Positions 46,410 to 60,530 of a stretch of 64,000 nucleotides of DNA are shown here, piece after piece. Both the position numbers and the translations under genes were made by a program. This stretch comes from Octopus sinensis (taxonomy: Eukaryota). The notes under the pieces are model-generated. The model searched no databases and was not told where the DNA came from. It worked only from the letters and a program-made list of their open reading frames with translations. The first letter of the stretch is position 1, and each line of letters opens with the position of its first letter. The stretch lies in contig NC_043009.1 in NCBI RefSeq assembly GCF_006345805.1, positions 18,662,001-18,726,000 of the forward strand, given 5' to 3'.

Positions 46410-48490
46410 AATCCCCTCTAAACATCAAGAGTCTATACACGGTGATCCTTCACCATGAGGGGCTGTGTGCACTCCAACATTTCCTTGACTTTCAATCCAA
46501 TCCTCAACCTGACACAGCTACACTCTTTCATCTGGCCAAACTTGTTCTCTCACTTAACTGCTTTTCGTTCACGGCTGATTTTTACCAGCAGGTCTTGGGA
46601 GTGGCCATGGGAATGAGAATGGGCTTTAACTATGTGAACCTGTTCGTTGGCTATGGTGAGGCCCAAATATTCTCAAGATTCACTGGTCTCACTCCTGAAC
46701 TATATGGTCGTTATATTGGCAACTGTATCAGTGTGACCTCAATCTCCCACGAACATCTAGACTCTTTCCTCTCTTTTGTCAAATCTTGCCCACTACTTCC
46801 GCACTATTTCCGACACCTCAGTTGCCTTTCTCAACATTTCGGTCAGCATTCATCACTCCACTCTCACCACCTCCATCCACTACAAACACACAAACTCAAC
46901 TTCTCCTCCTCCCACCCTAAACACACCAAGCTCTGCATCCCCTATTCCCAATTCCTCTGTCTATGTAGGCTCTGCAGTGACAACCATGACTGAGACTCAG
47001 TCTCAACTCATGGCTCGCCACTTCATCCTATATGGATATCCCCTCGCCACTATCCACACTACCCTTGCCAGAGCATGTTCCATGGACTGTGCATCTGCTC
47101 TCTCCCCACGTACCTGCCCTGCTGTCAGCCATCTCCCGTTCTTCCTTACCTACCACCCCACCACCCTACCTCTCCAATGCACTTTTCCCTGAGCCTTCCG
47201 GTGACTCCAGTCCAACCCCTCCACTTCACACATCTTCCCTAACCAACCCCTCCCCTCCATCAAAAGAGCTCACAATCTGCGAGACCTCTTGGTCCACAGC
47301 TTCTTCCCTAACCCAACCTACCAGCCCGGCTCAGTTCCCTGCTCCTGCCCATGCTGCCACACTTGCTCTTACGTCTCCAGCATCACCCTCCTCACAGGCA
47401 CCAATCATCGACCCTATCATATCACTGACACCTTCACCTGCACTTCTAGCAACGTCATCTACTGCATCTCCGGCTCTTTCTGTCCTTCTCTATACATCGG
47501 TCAAACGGGACACCACTTGGCTGACCGGTTCGCAGAACAACTCCGAGACATCCGACTCAGCAACAACACCCCGGTCTTGCACCATTTTTGCTCTACCAGT
47601 CACTCTTTACAACACCTGTGTTTGGACCGTCCTTGCACAGAGGCCATCCGGACTCCTGTCTTCACCGTGAGCAGGGATTAATCTTCTCTCTTCACTCCTT
47701 TGTGCCACATGGGCTCAACTCTACTTCCCACTTCATCTAACCCTCCTCCTCTCTCCTCTCTTCTTCTTACACCTACTTCCTCCCACCTACCTCTCCTTTC
47801 TTGCTCTGACACCTACTTTCTTTTTTCACTCCTACCCACCTTCTCCATTCCACCCTCTTCCTTCAGCGTCACCCCTCCTCACTACCTTACCCCTATACAT
47901 TCCAACCCCACCATCCCTATACATCCCATCCCATCTCTTAGACCCCACTCTCGCCTCCCCCACACCCCAACACCACCACACCACACACAACCACACCACA
48001 TCACACCACACCACACCACACCACATCACACCACTCCACACACACTAGCACTGACCACTTCCCAGCACCCACACCAGCACATTCACTAGCACTGACCATC
48101 ACCTACACCATCATCCACACACCTACACATGCATACACACACACGTCAATGTCACCAGCCCACTTCCATATGCATGTACATGCACATGCACATACATGCA
48201 CATGCACATACATGCTCTCACATAAACATACACGCGCCTTTGTTTTGGGATCACCACTACTTTATTATCTCCCCTTCTTCCTAGCTCTCCTGTGTGACCC
48301 CTCTGTCTGGCATTTGCCATGATAGATCGCTAACCACTATACCTTTCTCTATTTTCTCTCCATGTTTATTTCTGTGTTCCTTTCTGTCGAAGAGCATAGG
48401 CTCAAAACAAAAGATTTTCTTACTTCCCGAGCGTTAAACTAATATGTCCGTTTGTTGTTTACACACCCGTCTTTGTCTTTTGTATTTTTG
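46410..48490 (+). mobile_element. 5'-truncated Penelope-like element, Neptune-like (RT, Cys-rich linker, GIY-YIG, 3'UTR)
   Basis: LVLSLNCFSF..YQQVLGVAMG..NYVNLFVG; RYIGN; CSCPCCHTC; FTCTSSNVIYCIS..YIGQTGHHLADRFAEQLRDIR; hammerhead remnant at 48380-48413. Confidence 0.9.
48380..48413 (+). ncRNA. Degenerate minimal hammerhead in the Neptune-like PLE 3' end
   Basis: CUUU CUGUCGAA GAGC AUAG GCUC AAAAC AAAAG: stems I and II intact, core mutated and GU missing. Confidence 0.5.
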
Positions 48491-48512
48491 TTCATTCTCA
48501 CTGTGTGTGTTC

Positions 48513-48550
<38 letters not shown>

Positions 48551-48896
48551 TTGTGTGTGTGTGCGTGTGTGTGTGTGTCGCTGTGTCTGTCCGCCACCAC
48601 TATATGACAACTGATGTTGATATGCTTATGTCCCTGTAACTTAGCAGTTTGGTAAACTATGATGAATTAGCAATAAAATCAGTATTCTATAATCACATAA
48701 ATTATATTGAATGGGTTCTGAAGCAAGAATTGTAAGAATACATAAGATATATATAAACTAAATACTGAAGCAAATAATCTATGAAAATATACCTTATGCT
48801 AACTGAGCACTCTTAATAAAGAAGTTATGTATATTGAGTATTAAAAAAAAGATTCTATGTTTAAATGTGTTGACTGAGTATGAATTAAGTATTTTA

Positions 48897-49044
48897 TGTA
48901 CATTATTTACATTTGACAGATATTTGTCCTCATCTTGTTTGTTGTTAACACAACGTTTCGGCTGGTATACACTCCAGCCTTCATCGGGTGCCTTGGGGAA
49001 ATTTTGAATCTGGGTTCTCATTCCTAAGGTATTTCTCGATGTTG

Positions 49045-49075
<31 letters not shown>

Positions 49076-49101
49076 GATCATTATGATCATTATTATTATT
49101 A

Positions 49102-49158
<57 letters not shown>

Positions 49159-49290
49159 TCACTGCCTGGAATCAAACGTGGAATCTTGAGGTTAGTAGCC
49201 TGTGCTCTTAAACACTATACCATATGCCCATGGGCATATGGTGTCAAATGTAAATAATGTACAAAATTCCTCATCTCTTAAATATAGAAC
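48897..49290 (-). mobile_element. tRNA-headed hammerhead SINE with an inverted 3' terminus
   Basis: Head 49154-49241 (-), (AAT)n, tail 48897-49040 (-); the terminal ~50 bp of the tail lies on + at 49242-49290. Confidence 0.85.
48947..48992 (-). ncRNA. Minimal type I hammerhead with a single core change (U4C)
   Basis: GGCAC CCGAUGA A GGCUGG AGUGUAUA CCAGCC GAAAC GUU GUGUU. Confidence 0.8.
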
Positions 49291-50294
49291 TGAAGTATTT
49301 TATGAATACACAAGTTGACAGAATACTGAAGTATGTATTCTATAATAATATATGTCATGTTGACTGAGCATTTAAACAAAACGGGTTGACTGAGTATTGC
49401 AGTATTGAATTGAAGTGAAGCTTACAATTGAAGCCTTACAGCTTTAGCAACTAGGATCATGGCACGTTTTGATCAAGTCACATGTCCTGAATACCAACCA
49501 ATCAGCTTGCAGAAATATCACCCCATGTTTTAGAATGCTTTATCATGTTCTAGATGTTTCTGTGTGAAAAGGGAATAAGGGGGATAATATAAGCAATAAC
49601 ACAGTCAAGAAAAGTGCAAACATCTAAGAAAGTTCCAGGTAAGATATTCTTGATATCTATTCCATCGCTGTTTAAAAGAGCCTCTTCACCTCACTTCTCC
49701 TAATATGTACTGTGAATACAATATCCTCATCTCTTGCCACACAAATAAGTAGCCAGCCAGTAATTGGTCAAAATAAACCAGAAGTGCACATAGGTTATAC
49801 TAGTCCTTCAGATGCAAGTACTTATTCAACTTTGAGTAAAAGGAATCATTGGTTGTGAAGAATAGAGTATTTCTCCCACTTCTCATGCAAAGCATTTATT
49901 TTCTGTTATTAATGTAATTACTTTCTACATCTGGCACAATACACTACTGAGAAGCATCCATATAATTATGTAAATGATATATTTCTGTAAAAATTTTATA
50001 ATCAAACATTTGGAATTGGTTTCATAGGGGACAGCATCGAGCTAAACATGATTCCCATTTACACCTTTTCTCCACAATGATGACCTGTGGCATTCACAGC
50101 CTTACATCACATCAATATATGAAGACCCATTTAACTAAAGTCACAATGGTGACCCACTGTGTTCAACCAGCACAATATCAAATGCAACATTAGAAAGTGC
50201 AGCCAAACCAACAACCTTCCACATTGGTAACCAAGATGTGTAAACAAGCTGTTAACAATGATAACTTTCAGCAACCAGAGAAAGGCCAACAACT

Positions 50295-51581
50295 ACGAGG
50301 GGCGTTCAATAAGTAATGCCCTGACCCACTTCCCATAGCAGTGGACCAATGAAACTTGGCACAGTTATTAGTCTTTTTCTACATAGGAACCACCCAGAGT
50401 TACGCATTTCTCCCATTGCTTAATGCAGCTCTGGAGACCGTTTTTGTAGAAGACTGTTTGGTCCTCCAACCTGAACGTGACTTCAGAAATCAAGGCTGCA
50501 TCATCTGGGAAACGCTTTCTTTTCAAAAACAACTTCATGACTGGGAAGAGGTGAAAATCAGAGGGTGCAAGGTCAGGAAAGTAGGGGGATGGGGGAGGAG
50601 TTCATAGCCATACGCCTGTGCTTCTGATCTGGTGACAAGCGAGTTTTGGACCGGAGCATTGTCCTGCAGGAGGAGGATGCCTTTGCTGATCTTGCCCCGC
50701 CTCTTGATTTTGATAACTTCTCTTAATTTCCTCAAAAGTGAAGCATAATAGGCTCCTGCAATTGTGGTACCCTTTGCCAGGAAATCTGTCATCACTACTC
50801 CGTCCTGGTCCCAGAAGACTGTGAGCATGACCTTGCCAGCGGAGGGCTGCACCCTTGCCTTCTTTGGAGGGGGTGATTCACGGTGCTTCCACTGCATTGA
50901 CTGGGCTTTGGTCTCTGGATCATAGTGATGGACCCAGGTTTCATCCTGTGTAATCAGTCTTTTGAAAAGTTTTGACTCATCTTCTTGGCACATCTCCAAA
51001 TTCACCCTCGAGCACTCGACGCGTTCTTGCTTCTGGAAAGGCGTGAGCAACCTGGGAATCCATCTGGCAGACACCTTTTGCATATGCAAATGGTCATGAA
51101 TGATAGTTTCCACAGACCCAGTACTAATCTTGACCTCATGGGCTATTTGGCGAATAAATATGCGTCGATCTTCCAAAATGGCAGCCTCAACTTGACGGAC
51201 AGATGCCTCATCAATGGCAGAAGGGGCGACCAGATCTGGGAGCTGTTTCCACAGAGTTCCGACCATGTTTGAATTCACGATGCCAGCGTTTTACAAGGTC
51301 ATATGATGGGGCATCATCACCATAAGTTACTTTCATTTCATCAAAAGTCTCCCGTGGTGTGCGTCCTTTCAAATACAAAAACCGCATCACTGCTCGACAC
51401 TCAACAGGCTCCATTTCACACTTGACTTGGTTCAAACACCTGTAAATCAGAAACCACAATTAATTCAGAGCTGTAATTTACTACTTACTCTATAGAGATA
51501 TAAATGATTGCACATGCAAAATTTCAGCTAGATCAAACAACTGCAAGTGGGTCAGAGGCATTACTTATTGAACGTCCCTCG
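50295..51581 (-). mobile_element. Near-complete mariner DNA transposon (1287 bp); transposase with two frameshifts
   Basis: TA-flanked TIRs CGAGGGGCGTTCAATAAGTAATGCC / GGCATTACTTATTGAACGTCCCTCG. HTH region RAVMRFL..APSYDLVKRW..RSGRP; WIPRLL; catalytic QDETW, QDNAP, (SP)DLAPSD. Confidence 0.97.
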
Positions 51582-52116
51582 TATATATTTTACATTGGTA
51601 ATGCTGATGCTTAACTACATACGTTTCACTTTGCCAATGATGAAAAAAGCTCCTACATTGGATACTTCAGTGCTAGAAATAGCAGTTAGTACAAGTCACA
51701 TTGGTGACCACTGATTATATCAACTCAACACTAATATCAACAACTGTTTTACATACATACTTTGCAGAAGAGTTTTGAAGAACATTTTCATTTTTTACAT
51801 TCCATTTTGTTTTTGTTCAAAAATAATTGTGCTCTAACCTACAAATGTCATTAATTCACAAGTACTGTGAAAGCTTTGCAGCAAGAGACACATCTAAGTT
51901 AATACATTTTTTTCCCTATAGATCTCACTTGGAGATACATTCATATGATGCATTCAATCCCTGTAAATGCACTGATTTCCATAGATGCCACTTGCAGGAA
52001 ATTCTATATGCTACATTTAGTACCAGCAAATACACTCATTTCCTGCACACCTCATTTGCAATCACATACATGCATAGAAACATGGTGAAATTGTGTCCCA
52101 CACTTCTGGGTGATAT

Positions 52117-52520
52117 ACAAGGTGCATTCCAGAAGGTTTGAACCTATTTCAGGAGAGAGATTTATTAATTCCAAAGAAGTGCAAAACTCTAATCTACTTC
52201 AAAGCAGGATCCTCTGACTGCATTTGGTGTAGCATTTCAGCAACTTTGTGAAGGCCCCGTGAAAGCCCTTCATGGCCCCTATCACAGACTCTTTCATCTT
52301 CTCATTCAATACTGGGGATAACCAAAAGTCACAGGAAGCAAGGTCTGGAATGCAGGGAGGATGAAGGACAGTTTTGATGCCCATCTCTGTCAAGTAGTCA
52401 GTTACCAGGATGGGTCTGTGGACTGATATATTGTCTTGGTGGAGGGGCTCCAGCTATTTGTGGTGAAATCTCTTCCTGATCTCTCCTAAAAAAGTCTCAA
52501 AATTTTTGGAACACACCTTG
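52117..52520 (-). mobile_element. Internally deleted mariner (MITE-like)
   Basis: TA-flanked CAAGGTGCATTCCAGAA / TTTTGGAACACACCTTG TIRs; HPPCIPDLASCDFWL remnant. Confidence 0.8.
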
Positions 52521-52599
52521 TACACCATCTATGTACAGAGTGTATAAGATATTTGAGGACAGATTTATGTTTATAAAAAAAAAACAGATATAGAATAAC

Positions 52600-52830
52600 A
52601 GATAATAAATTTATTTATCAAAAAATGCTATGAGGATAAAAATAAACCTTCTTTTCTATAATGTTATTCAATAAAGCCATCTTCAGCTTCAACAACTGCT
52701 TTAAATCATCTACATGCTCAAGTGGTCCTGGTTCATTTTGGACATTATTCTGACTATAACAGCTTTCAAAGAATCTTTGGTGTTATGGGCGTGTTCATTG
52801 ACCTCTCTCTCAAAAATGCTGCATTTTACT
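52600..52830 (-). mobile_element. Tc1-like transposase C-terminal remnant
   Basis: Minus strand ..HNTKDSLKAVIVRIMSKMNQDHL..FKAVVEAEDGFIE*. Confidence 0.55.
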
Positions 52831-53384
52831 CATAGATGTAAATAATGTGCACACACATATCTAAATACATGTTTGCCATATTCATTTAGATCTCTCATAT
52901 AAAAGGAATACTAACTATATTTCTCTGTGCTAATGCTTCTAGCCAGCTACTTTTATCTATATGACCTTGCTATGGTTATGTTGAATACATAAATAAATTT
53001 AAATGTCTTAGCACATTCGGTATCTCACAGTTTTCTTCAACACAAACAAAATACAAACCCCACACCGTTCTTTAAGTAAGGCATACATGATCTTTTACTC
53101 TCTCTCTCCTTTATTATACGTTTATCTTTTCAACACATTTTTGCACATGTTGAATCTAAATTAGAACAATATTTCTTTCACTTTAATTATTTACATTTTC
53201 ACTTACATTCTTTATGAATTTTGCACATCAATTCCTTGTTAATTAGTTTTTGCTGCGATTGTGTTAATTTTATTCACTTTTCCTCCCTAGCTCACTGGAA
53301 GGAGACCAATGTAGTGAAACCTAGAATCAAAGTATTACTGCTTTAGTGACTAAGATCAGACCACACTTAGATCAGGCCATCCTC

Positions 53385-54275
53385 TTCCTCCTCTTCATCG
53401 TCAATGTCCTTTAACATTCGCTTTCCATGCTAGCATGGGTTGGACAGTTTGACCTGAGCTGGCAAGCAGGACTTGATTTGGTTTCTGTGGCTGCATGCCC
53501 TTTACCATTTGTGCTGGCTGCTTTTAACGTGGCACTGGCATGAGTGCTTTCTACAGGGCACTGGCACAGGACTCTTATGGGCGAATCCTCTTCACCAGGG
53601 GAGTGGCCTTAACACTTCCATTGTGGAGGATGGGTCTTCTTGAGTACAGCAAGGTACCAGTTATCTCAGTCCTTTGTCATCTCTTCCATAAAGTTCAGTG
53701 TCCTAAGGTCATCCTTCAGCACTTCATCCCATGTCTTCCTGGGTCTCCCTCCTCCATGAGTTCCATCCATTATGAGTGATCAGCACTTCTTTATGGAGCT
53801 GTCAGCATCCATCCACATCACATGACCAAACCAGCACAGTTTTCTCTCTTGCACACTCCACCTAATTCCTCTTATGCTTAACTTTTTTCTCAACACACTA
53901 GCACTCTGTTGCGCATGTGCACTTACATTGCACATCCAATGGAGCATACTAGCCTCATTACTCTCTAGCCTTAATATGTCTTCTGCATTCAGGGTCCACA
54001 TCTCATTAGCATGTAGAATTGCTGTTCATACATCGTACAATCTTTCACTTGGAGAGGGAGAGAGGGAAATCTTTGGTTGCCAGCAGAAGTAAAAGCTCTC
54101 TGGATTTTCTCCATCCTATTCTTATTCTGGTGATTACACTTTCCATCCATCCTCCTCCAATACTAATTAGATCCCCTAGGTAGCAGAAATTATTCACAAC
54201 CTCTAAAGAGCCTCCGGGACATTTAAGAAAATCAATTTCCCGAATATCTGTAGGCTCCTGTGCATCTTCCACATA
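53385..54275 (-). mobile_element. RTE LINE 3' fragment
   Basis: CPGGSLEVVNNFCYLGDLI..RIRIGWRK; QERKLCWFGHV; 3'UTR ttccatgctagcatgggttggac. Confidence 0.88.
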
Positions 54276-57200
54276 TGAACGCTACTTTCTCTGATAACTT
54301 AAGAATTATTAGAGTGCAAATGTTATGTTGACTGAATACCAAAGTAAGTATTCTCTGAGAGAGCACTAAAAAAAGGTATTCTATTACAGAATGTGAAAAA
54401 TATTTTGAGCATGTATGTTGACTGAATACTAATGGAATATTTTATGAATACTCAAACCCTATGCTAACACAGTATGAAATAGGAACTCAATGAGTACATG
54501 AATTATATCAAGGTGTGTAAACTATGTTTACAGTGAAATGAAATATGCATACATTGAGCACGTGTCATATATTGGTATAGAAGTTATGCTAATTGAGCAA
54601 TGCTGTATTAAATGAGTACATAATTCATGTTGACTGAGCTTTGACAATAAATATTCTGTGTTGAGTGGATGTTTACATATACTGCATTGATTGATCTGTT
54701 ATTAATGTATTCTATGAAAGTAGTTATGCATTATTGCATGATTTATATTAGAAGACTGGAATGTAGATATTTTTATTACATTTGTGGTGTTGCAAGACAG
54801 AAAAAAATCTGAGTATTCTATGAGTGCATATATCATACTGAGTATGTACTGAAGTAAATGCTGTGGGGGCCACTTAAGTTAAATCATCTGAGCACTGGTG
54901 TAAGCAAACAAGTTGGTTTAGTATTAAAAGGTAAGAAATATATAATTTGGGGTCAAGAAGGTTATGTTCTCTGAACATTGAAGAAATTATTCAATGAGTA
55001 AATTATTGATACAGTATTAAAATAAGCATTGAATGAGTAAATGCATTACATTAACTGAGCACTGAAGTAAATCTTCTCTGACTAAATAAAAGTCAACTTA
55101 ACACTGTTGACTGAGCACCAAGTTAAATATTCGATGAGCACATGAGTTACATTGACTGAGCATTGAGGTAAGCTTACAGTTCGAATATAGTTTATGTTTG
55201 TTGAACATTAAAGCAAGTATTGTGTGCATTCATGACTTATGTTTAATGAGTATTGATTTAAGTATAGATAGTTGCATAAGTTACATGCAACTAGTATTGA
55301 TAATTACATGAGTTATATTGACTAATCATTGATGCCAGTATGTTATAACAATAAAAATTATGCTGACTCAGTACTGAAATATGTATTCTATCTGTTCTGA
55401 GTCAACATAATTTTGATAACTAAATACTGAAATAGTTCATCTGTATGTAAGCAGTTAATCAGTGAGTATGTAAGATTTATCTCTCTTTCCTCTATTTTCT
55501 TCTCCTGCACTGAACTCTGAATTAGTCTGTAAAGAAAAATAAACCTTCCTTGAATGTTTTCTAAACTATCTCTTCTTAAAATGTTTAGTTGAGTACTTGC
55601 CTAGTGTTATGTCACACTGATAATTCCAAACAAGGATGAAATAGCACCATACTTGACTACCTATGACTAAAATGATATTTAAAACTCTTGTAATGAATAA
55701 AAAAAGGAATTAGATTCTGTGCATCTTCATTATTGCTAAATTCAAAATTCAAATTTCTGCCTTATTCAAGACTTATCTAGTGGTGATTACTTCCCTAACT
55801 ACTACCAGAACTTCTACATGTTCAGTATACTGAGATAGTTTATACAATATGCTATGTGTATTTGTATAGACAAATTGTTTTTTGAGTAACACTTAACTAT
55901 TTAAAATTGTTGTAGTTGTTCCCTTTTATCTGATTTACCTTCTAAATTCCTCAACACAGGCTGGAGTTCTGTTTGTTCATTCTATTGTCTTCCTTGTCTC
56001 AAAATGCAACCAATGTTTTTATACTCATAAATTCTCATTGGTAAATCTAATCAAAATATATATAATAAGCTATAAGTCATCAATATATATTTAATATGCT
56101 TTATGTATTTGCATTGACATTTATTTCATTTTTAATTATTCTCTTTCATATATTTCTTCATATTCAACTTAACTGAATTTGTGTTTAACTTTAGCCTATT
56201 TGCTTATTACACACTACATGCATGAATTTTCTTGATTTAAGCAGAAAAAAAAAAGCAAAAATAATTTGAAATTACAGATTGAAAATTCAGGTGTGTTGGT
56301 GCCTTCTCATGCCTATAACAAGAAATGCTGTCCTTCAAGAACTTTTGCAGTGAACATGAATAATAATGCTTATTGCGTCCATTTGTAGCTTTTGCACAGA
56401 CTGTGTCAGATATGTTGTAAATGCACAGATTTTACATAAACTAAACCTGCTGTTGCTTGGAAACATTTAGAAAATGTTTGTAAGTAAATATTTTGGTAGT
56501 TTTGAATACATATATACACGTACAACATCTGGGAAATTAAGGAGAACATTTATTGTAAAAAATAATATAATGTAGAATAACAAGTGAATCATCGACTGCA
56601 ACATGCTGCACCTATTAAAAGTAATCAAACCTGTATAATGTTTAGAGAGTGATAAACATAATTTGCTTATTTTTCCTGTTATTTTGGCATTTTTAATTAC
56701 ATCCTCAAACTCTCATTAGCAACTTTAATTATGTACAGTTTTCAACAATATCTCCAACTGGAAAAATCAAATACTCATACATACAAACCAAAATGTAATT
56801 ATCACAAAGCTTAGTGAAACACTTGCCATCATTATCGACACTTTGAATACTGAGGTATGTACATTATAAAATTTTAATGCTAAATGAAATGTGCTTCTAT
56901 AGTATACATTATTTTTTTTACAGAGAATGAACTACATGCACTATGAGCATGTAAGCTGTATTGAGGGTGTATAGATATAAAAATTCTAAAGCTGTGAACA
57001 AAATATTCTGTGTATAATTATGTTAACTGAGCTCTGGATAAGTATTCTGTGAGATTTGTTAACTGACTTTGAACAATATATTTAACAAGTACTAATCATG
57101 TTAAACTGAGAATTTAATGTTCAGATTGCTCAGTCAACTGTAATGCTTATCAATTCACATTGTTTTAAAGTAATCATGCATAAGCTCATAGCTTTGAGCT

Positions 57201-57489
57201 TGCAATGATGTGATTGTTTATTCTTTTAAAATAACATTGTAGGGTAGGTGTGAGAGGCCAGATCTGACCAGTTTGAACATAAAGCATGTAGAATATTTGG
57301 GCTGGATATGGGGGCCAGTTTAAATGCTAAAGTTTTAAGTGTGTACTATTAATACCTAAATTATTTTGTCTGATTCACCAGCACATGAGTTATGCATAAG
57401 TTATGAAGTAGGTATCCTTTTAGTACATATGATCTACTAAATAAGCACAGAAGTAAGCATTCTATGAGTGAAAATGTTATGTTCGATAA

Positions 57490-57760
57490 GAACTGAAGTA
57501 ATTAATGTATGAATAAATATGTTGGCTTTCGGTTTGCATGTTTCAACCAGGATCGCTGGAAAATTTTTGCTGCTTTGGACAAGTGTTTTCATAAATCTAG
57601 TTGGTATCATGCTATTTTTAATCGACACGCCATGAAGGCATCCTATGCCAACTCTGCTAATTTAGAGCAGCTTATGCATTGTATAAACAATAGCAAAATG
57701 CGGCAAAGATTCAATAACCCACCAACTGGATCTAGCAAACATTTGCATCTAAATACCAAC
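57490..57760 (+). mobile_element. PLE (Hydra-clade-like) linker fragment
   Basis: KIFAALDKCFHKSSWYHAIFNRHAMKASYANSANL matches the linker pattern of the 24375-27068 element. Confidence 0.6.
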
Positions 57761-57856
57761 CAAGGAGATGTAAACCGCATTGATAAACATCACCTCAACC
57801 AATTTGTAGTAGTAGTAATACTCGTGGTACAGCTAGCATGATAACAACGCCGGTAA

Positions 57857-59290
57857 ATGGAGTCAGGACTGCCTTATATACAAATAAAAACCTGGAGGAG
57901 CAAGTCGATATCGTCCAGTGTTGTGGATCACTGGACAAATGGTCCTGTTAAATTGCTTGGAGTTTGGTTTGGACCGGACTCCCAAACAGAGAAGTATTGG
58001 AGCAAGGTGGCAGACAGGGTGGAGGCCCTAGTCCGGACGGGCTCTGTCCCTGAAAGGAAGGGCGGAGGTGGTACAGGTGTCTATTGCATCTGTAATCACC
58101 TACCGTCTAACCGTTGTCCCTTGCCCTGACTTGTGGCTAAACAAGTTGAAGCGCTTCCTCTTCTGCTTATTGTGGAAAAGAGGAAAGCCACTTGTGAGGC
58201 ACTCCGGCTGCTGCCAGGAACCATTAAAGGGTGGGTTAGGGATGCCCTGGCTAATGATGCGCAGACATGCATTGAAACTGAGACAACTCTGGTGCTGCCT
58301 GGAGAGTGACAAGGTGTGGGATCCGCTGGCAGGGGAATTCTTTCTGTGACCAGCCTCTTTGGAGAGATTCAAATCTGGTTTTATTAAAAGACGTAATCTG
58401 ACAGAATGGCAAAAAGAGTGTCGACAGGCACTCATGCTAATCCACAAGACGGGCAAGGCCGGCAGTGGGAATACCACCTCGGTTTTGTATAAAGGGCTGG
58501 TAGAGTTTTAAAATGATGACGTCTTATAAGAGGGGCTTTGGGGTTCAACAAGAACCAACTTGCCAATCTGTTCCAAAAAACTTTCAGGCTGGGGTATTTG
58601 GATAATTACCAAAAGTCCCTGACCTGGCAATACTACAGGAACACTTTACCTGTTTGCAATAAGTTATCCAGGCACAGAATGTCAGTGCCAATGGCATGTC
58701 CAAGATGTGGGCTGGACGATGAAACCATTCAGCATGCTTTTGTACAGTGCTGGAAGCTTTCAGGCTTGATAATTTATGTTGAACATGTGTTGTCACACCT
58801 AGGCAGAGTACAGCTATCAGCTGAGTTTATAATAAAAACTGTGTCACCAACTGGACTCTTTAAGGAAGGTGAGGCATGTTTTCTCTGTTCAGTTGCAGAG
58901 TGTGTGTGGAAGACCAGATTGCAAGGTCTTGTGATGGGATCCTTCATCTCTGGCCCTGGTTTGTTGACATACTTCAGATATCATCTGAAGAGCAAGGTAG
59001 GGGTGGAGAGGAGATGCCTGTTGCAAGGCATGTTCAAGAATAGATGGAAGGCTGTGGTAAGAAAGGTGGGTGCAAGTGACCTTGCTTAATCCTCATGGGA
59101 AAAGGAAAAGGTATAGTCGCTGGGCTTTTCAGCCCAACAGGTTTAATTCCCAAATAAACTCAAATTTAGTTATATATCATTCTATATTTTTAAAAACTAA
59201 GTATCATACGAACTAATAATAACCATAATTGTTTGTATTGTCCTGTTTTGTCCCCTCTGTGTACGATATTAATTATCCTAATAAAAAATT
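57857..59290 (+). mobile_element. L1/Tx1-like LINE 3' part (RT thumb, zf-RVT, 3'UTR)
   Basis: VKLLGVWFGPD..YRLTV..LLWKRGKPLV..GGLGMP; CPRCGLDDETIQHAFVQC; FRYHLKSKV..FKNRW. Confidence 0.88.
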
Positions 59291-59599
59291 CATCTCCAGC
59301 AGACAAGGTGTCCAGTACTGAGGAGTGGCAGAAATAGCCTAAAACCAGGACTGGTCAACTGGTCCCATCACTAGGAGACAGTAAGGGTTCGCTCCTCTGC
59401 TCACAATTTTATTAGATGCAGCTGTGCATCGTTAACCAGGTAGATGAGATGTCCTCTTGGGGGGGGGGGGGGGGTTAAAAATCACAGGAGAGTCCACTCG
59501 AATGCACAGCCATGTTAAAGTGGCTCTGAATATTATTTCAAATAATATATAAAATATTTTATTGTATTGTTTTATGCTTTTTGTAGCTATATTCTTCCT

Positions 59600-60530
59600 C
59601 TACAACTTTAGCTTATCATTTTATCTCTTTTTAAACATATGACAATGGAGTTACCAAGTAGTAAAAAAAGACGAGCATTTTTGACACCTGCTTCTGTTAT
59701 TTCAATTAAGTTTCCCATGCTGCAAAGCCATTTGAGACATTTCTGCTGTGTATGGAGAAGGTGCTATTACTAAAAGAACTGCTTAGATATGGTTTACACA
59801 CTTCAAGGAAGGATAATTTGAATCTCATACACTGAAGGAAAGAGACAAATTCCAGTGCTCACCTATTGCTACCAGTTTGCTTGACACCAGATTGCTTATA
59901 GGCACAAGTGGATTTGTTTACAGCGTCATCACCAATGATAGAAAATGGTGTCAATACGAAGGAGAGGAAAGAATAGCTGAGTCTCAACAAGTGAACAACA
60001 CCTCGAGTCAAGCCAGAGCTGCATCCAGCAAGAAAATAATCTGTATTTGATGGGATTAGAAAGGGCTAATCTACTATGAAATGTTTGAAAACAACCATAC
60101 AATCAAAGTAGGGTTTTATGTTTAGCAAATGCACCAGCCCAATGGGGCAGTCCAGCTGAAATGACCTGACTGGTGACATGGTGTGCTTCTTCAGCACAAT
60201 AACATTCCCCCTCACCCACATTGCTAATTTAAACCAAAACTGCTATTTAAGAGCTCAGTTGGAAAGTTTTACTGCACCCAGTATATTCTGCTGATATGGC
60301 ACCTTCAGATTATCACCTTTTTCAATCACTCTCCAACAGTCTGTGAGGCATTTTATTCAACAATGATGTGCAGCTGAAAACGTGACTCAATGAATTCTTC
60401 GAGTTGAGACCTGGTAGTTCTTCCATCAAGGCTAGTGAAACATTTGTAATATATAACTGACTGATTTGCTAAAGTTGCTGATGAAAAATAGGGATTAAAA
60501 TAAATGGACGAAAAGTTAGATTTAAAAGAA
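59600..60530 (+). mobile_element. Highly degenerate mariner transposase remnant
   Basis: ..AVYGEGAITKRTA*IWFTHFKEG; VTNDRKW; HPVYSADMAPSDYHLFQSL. Confidence 0.8.

Noticed and set aside
59312-59354. Hammerhead-like CCAGTA CTGAGGAG TGGC..GCC TAAAAC..ACTGG
   Set aside because: The GAAA half and the cleavage triplet are not intact; at best a very decayed remnant that cannot be supported.
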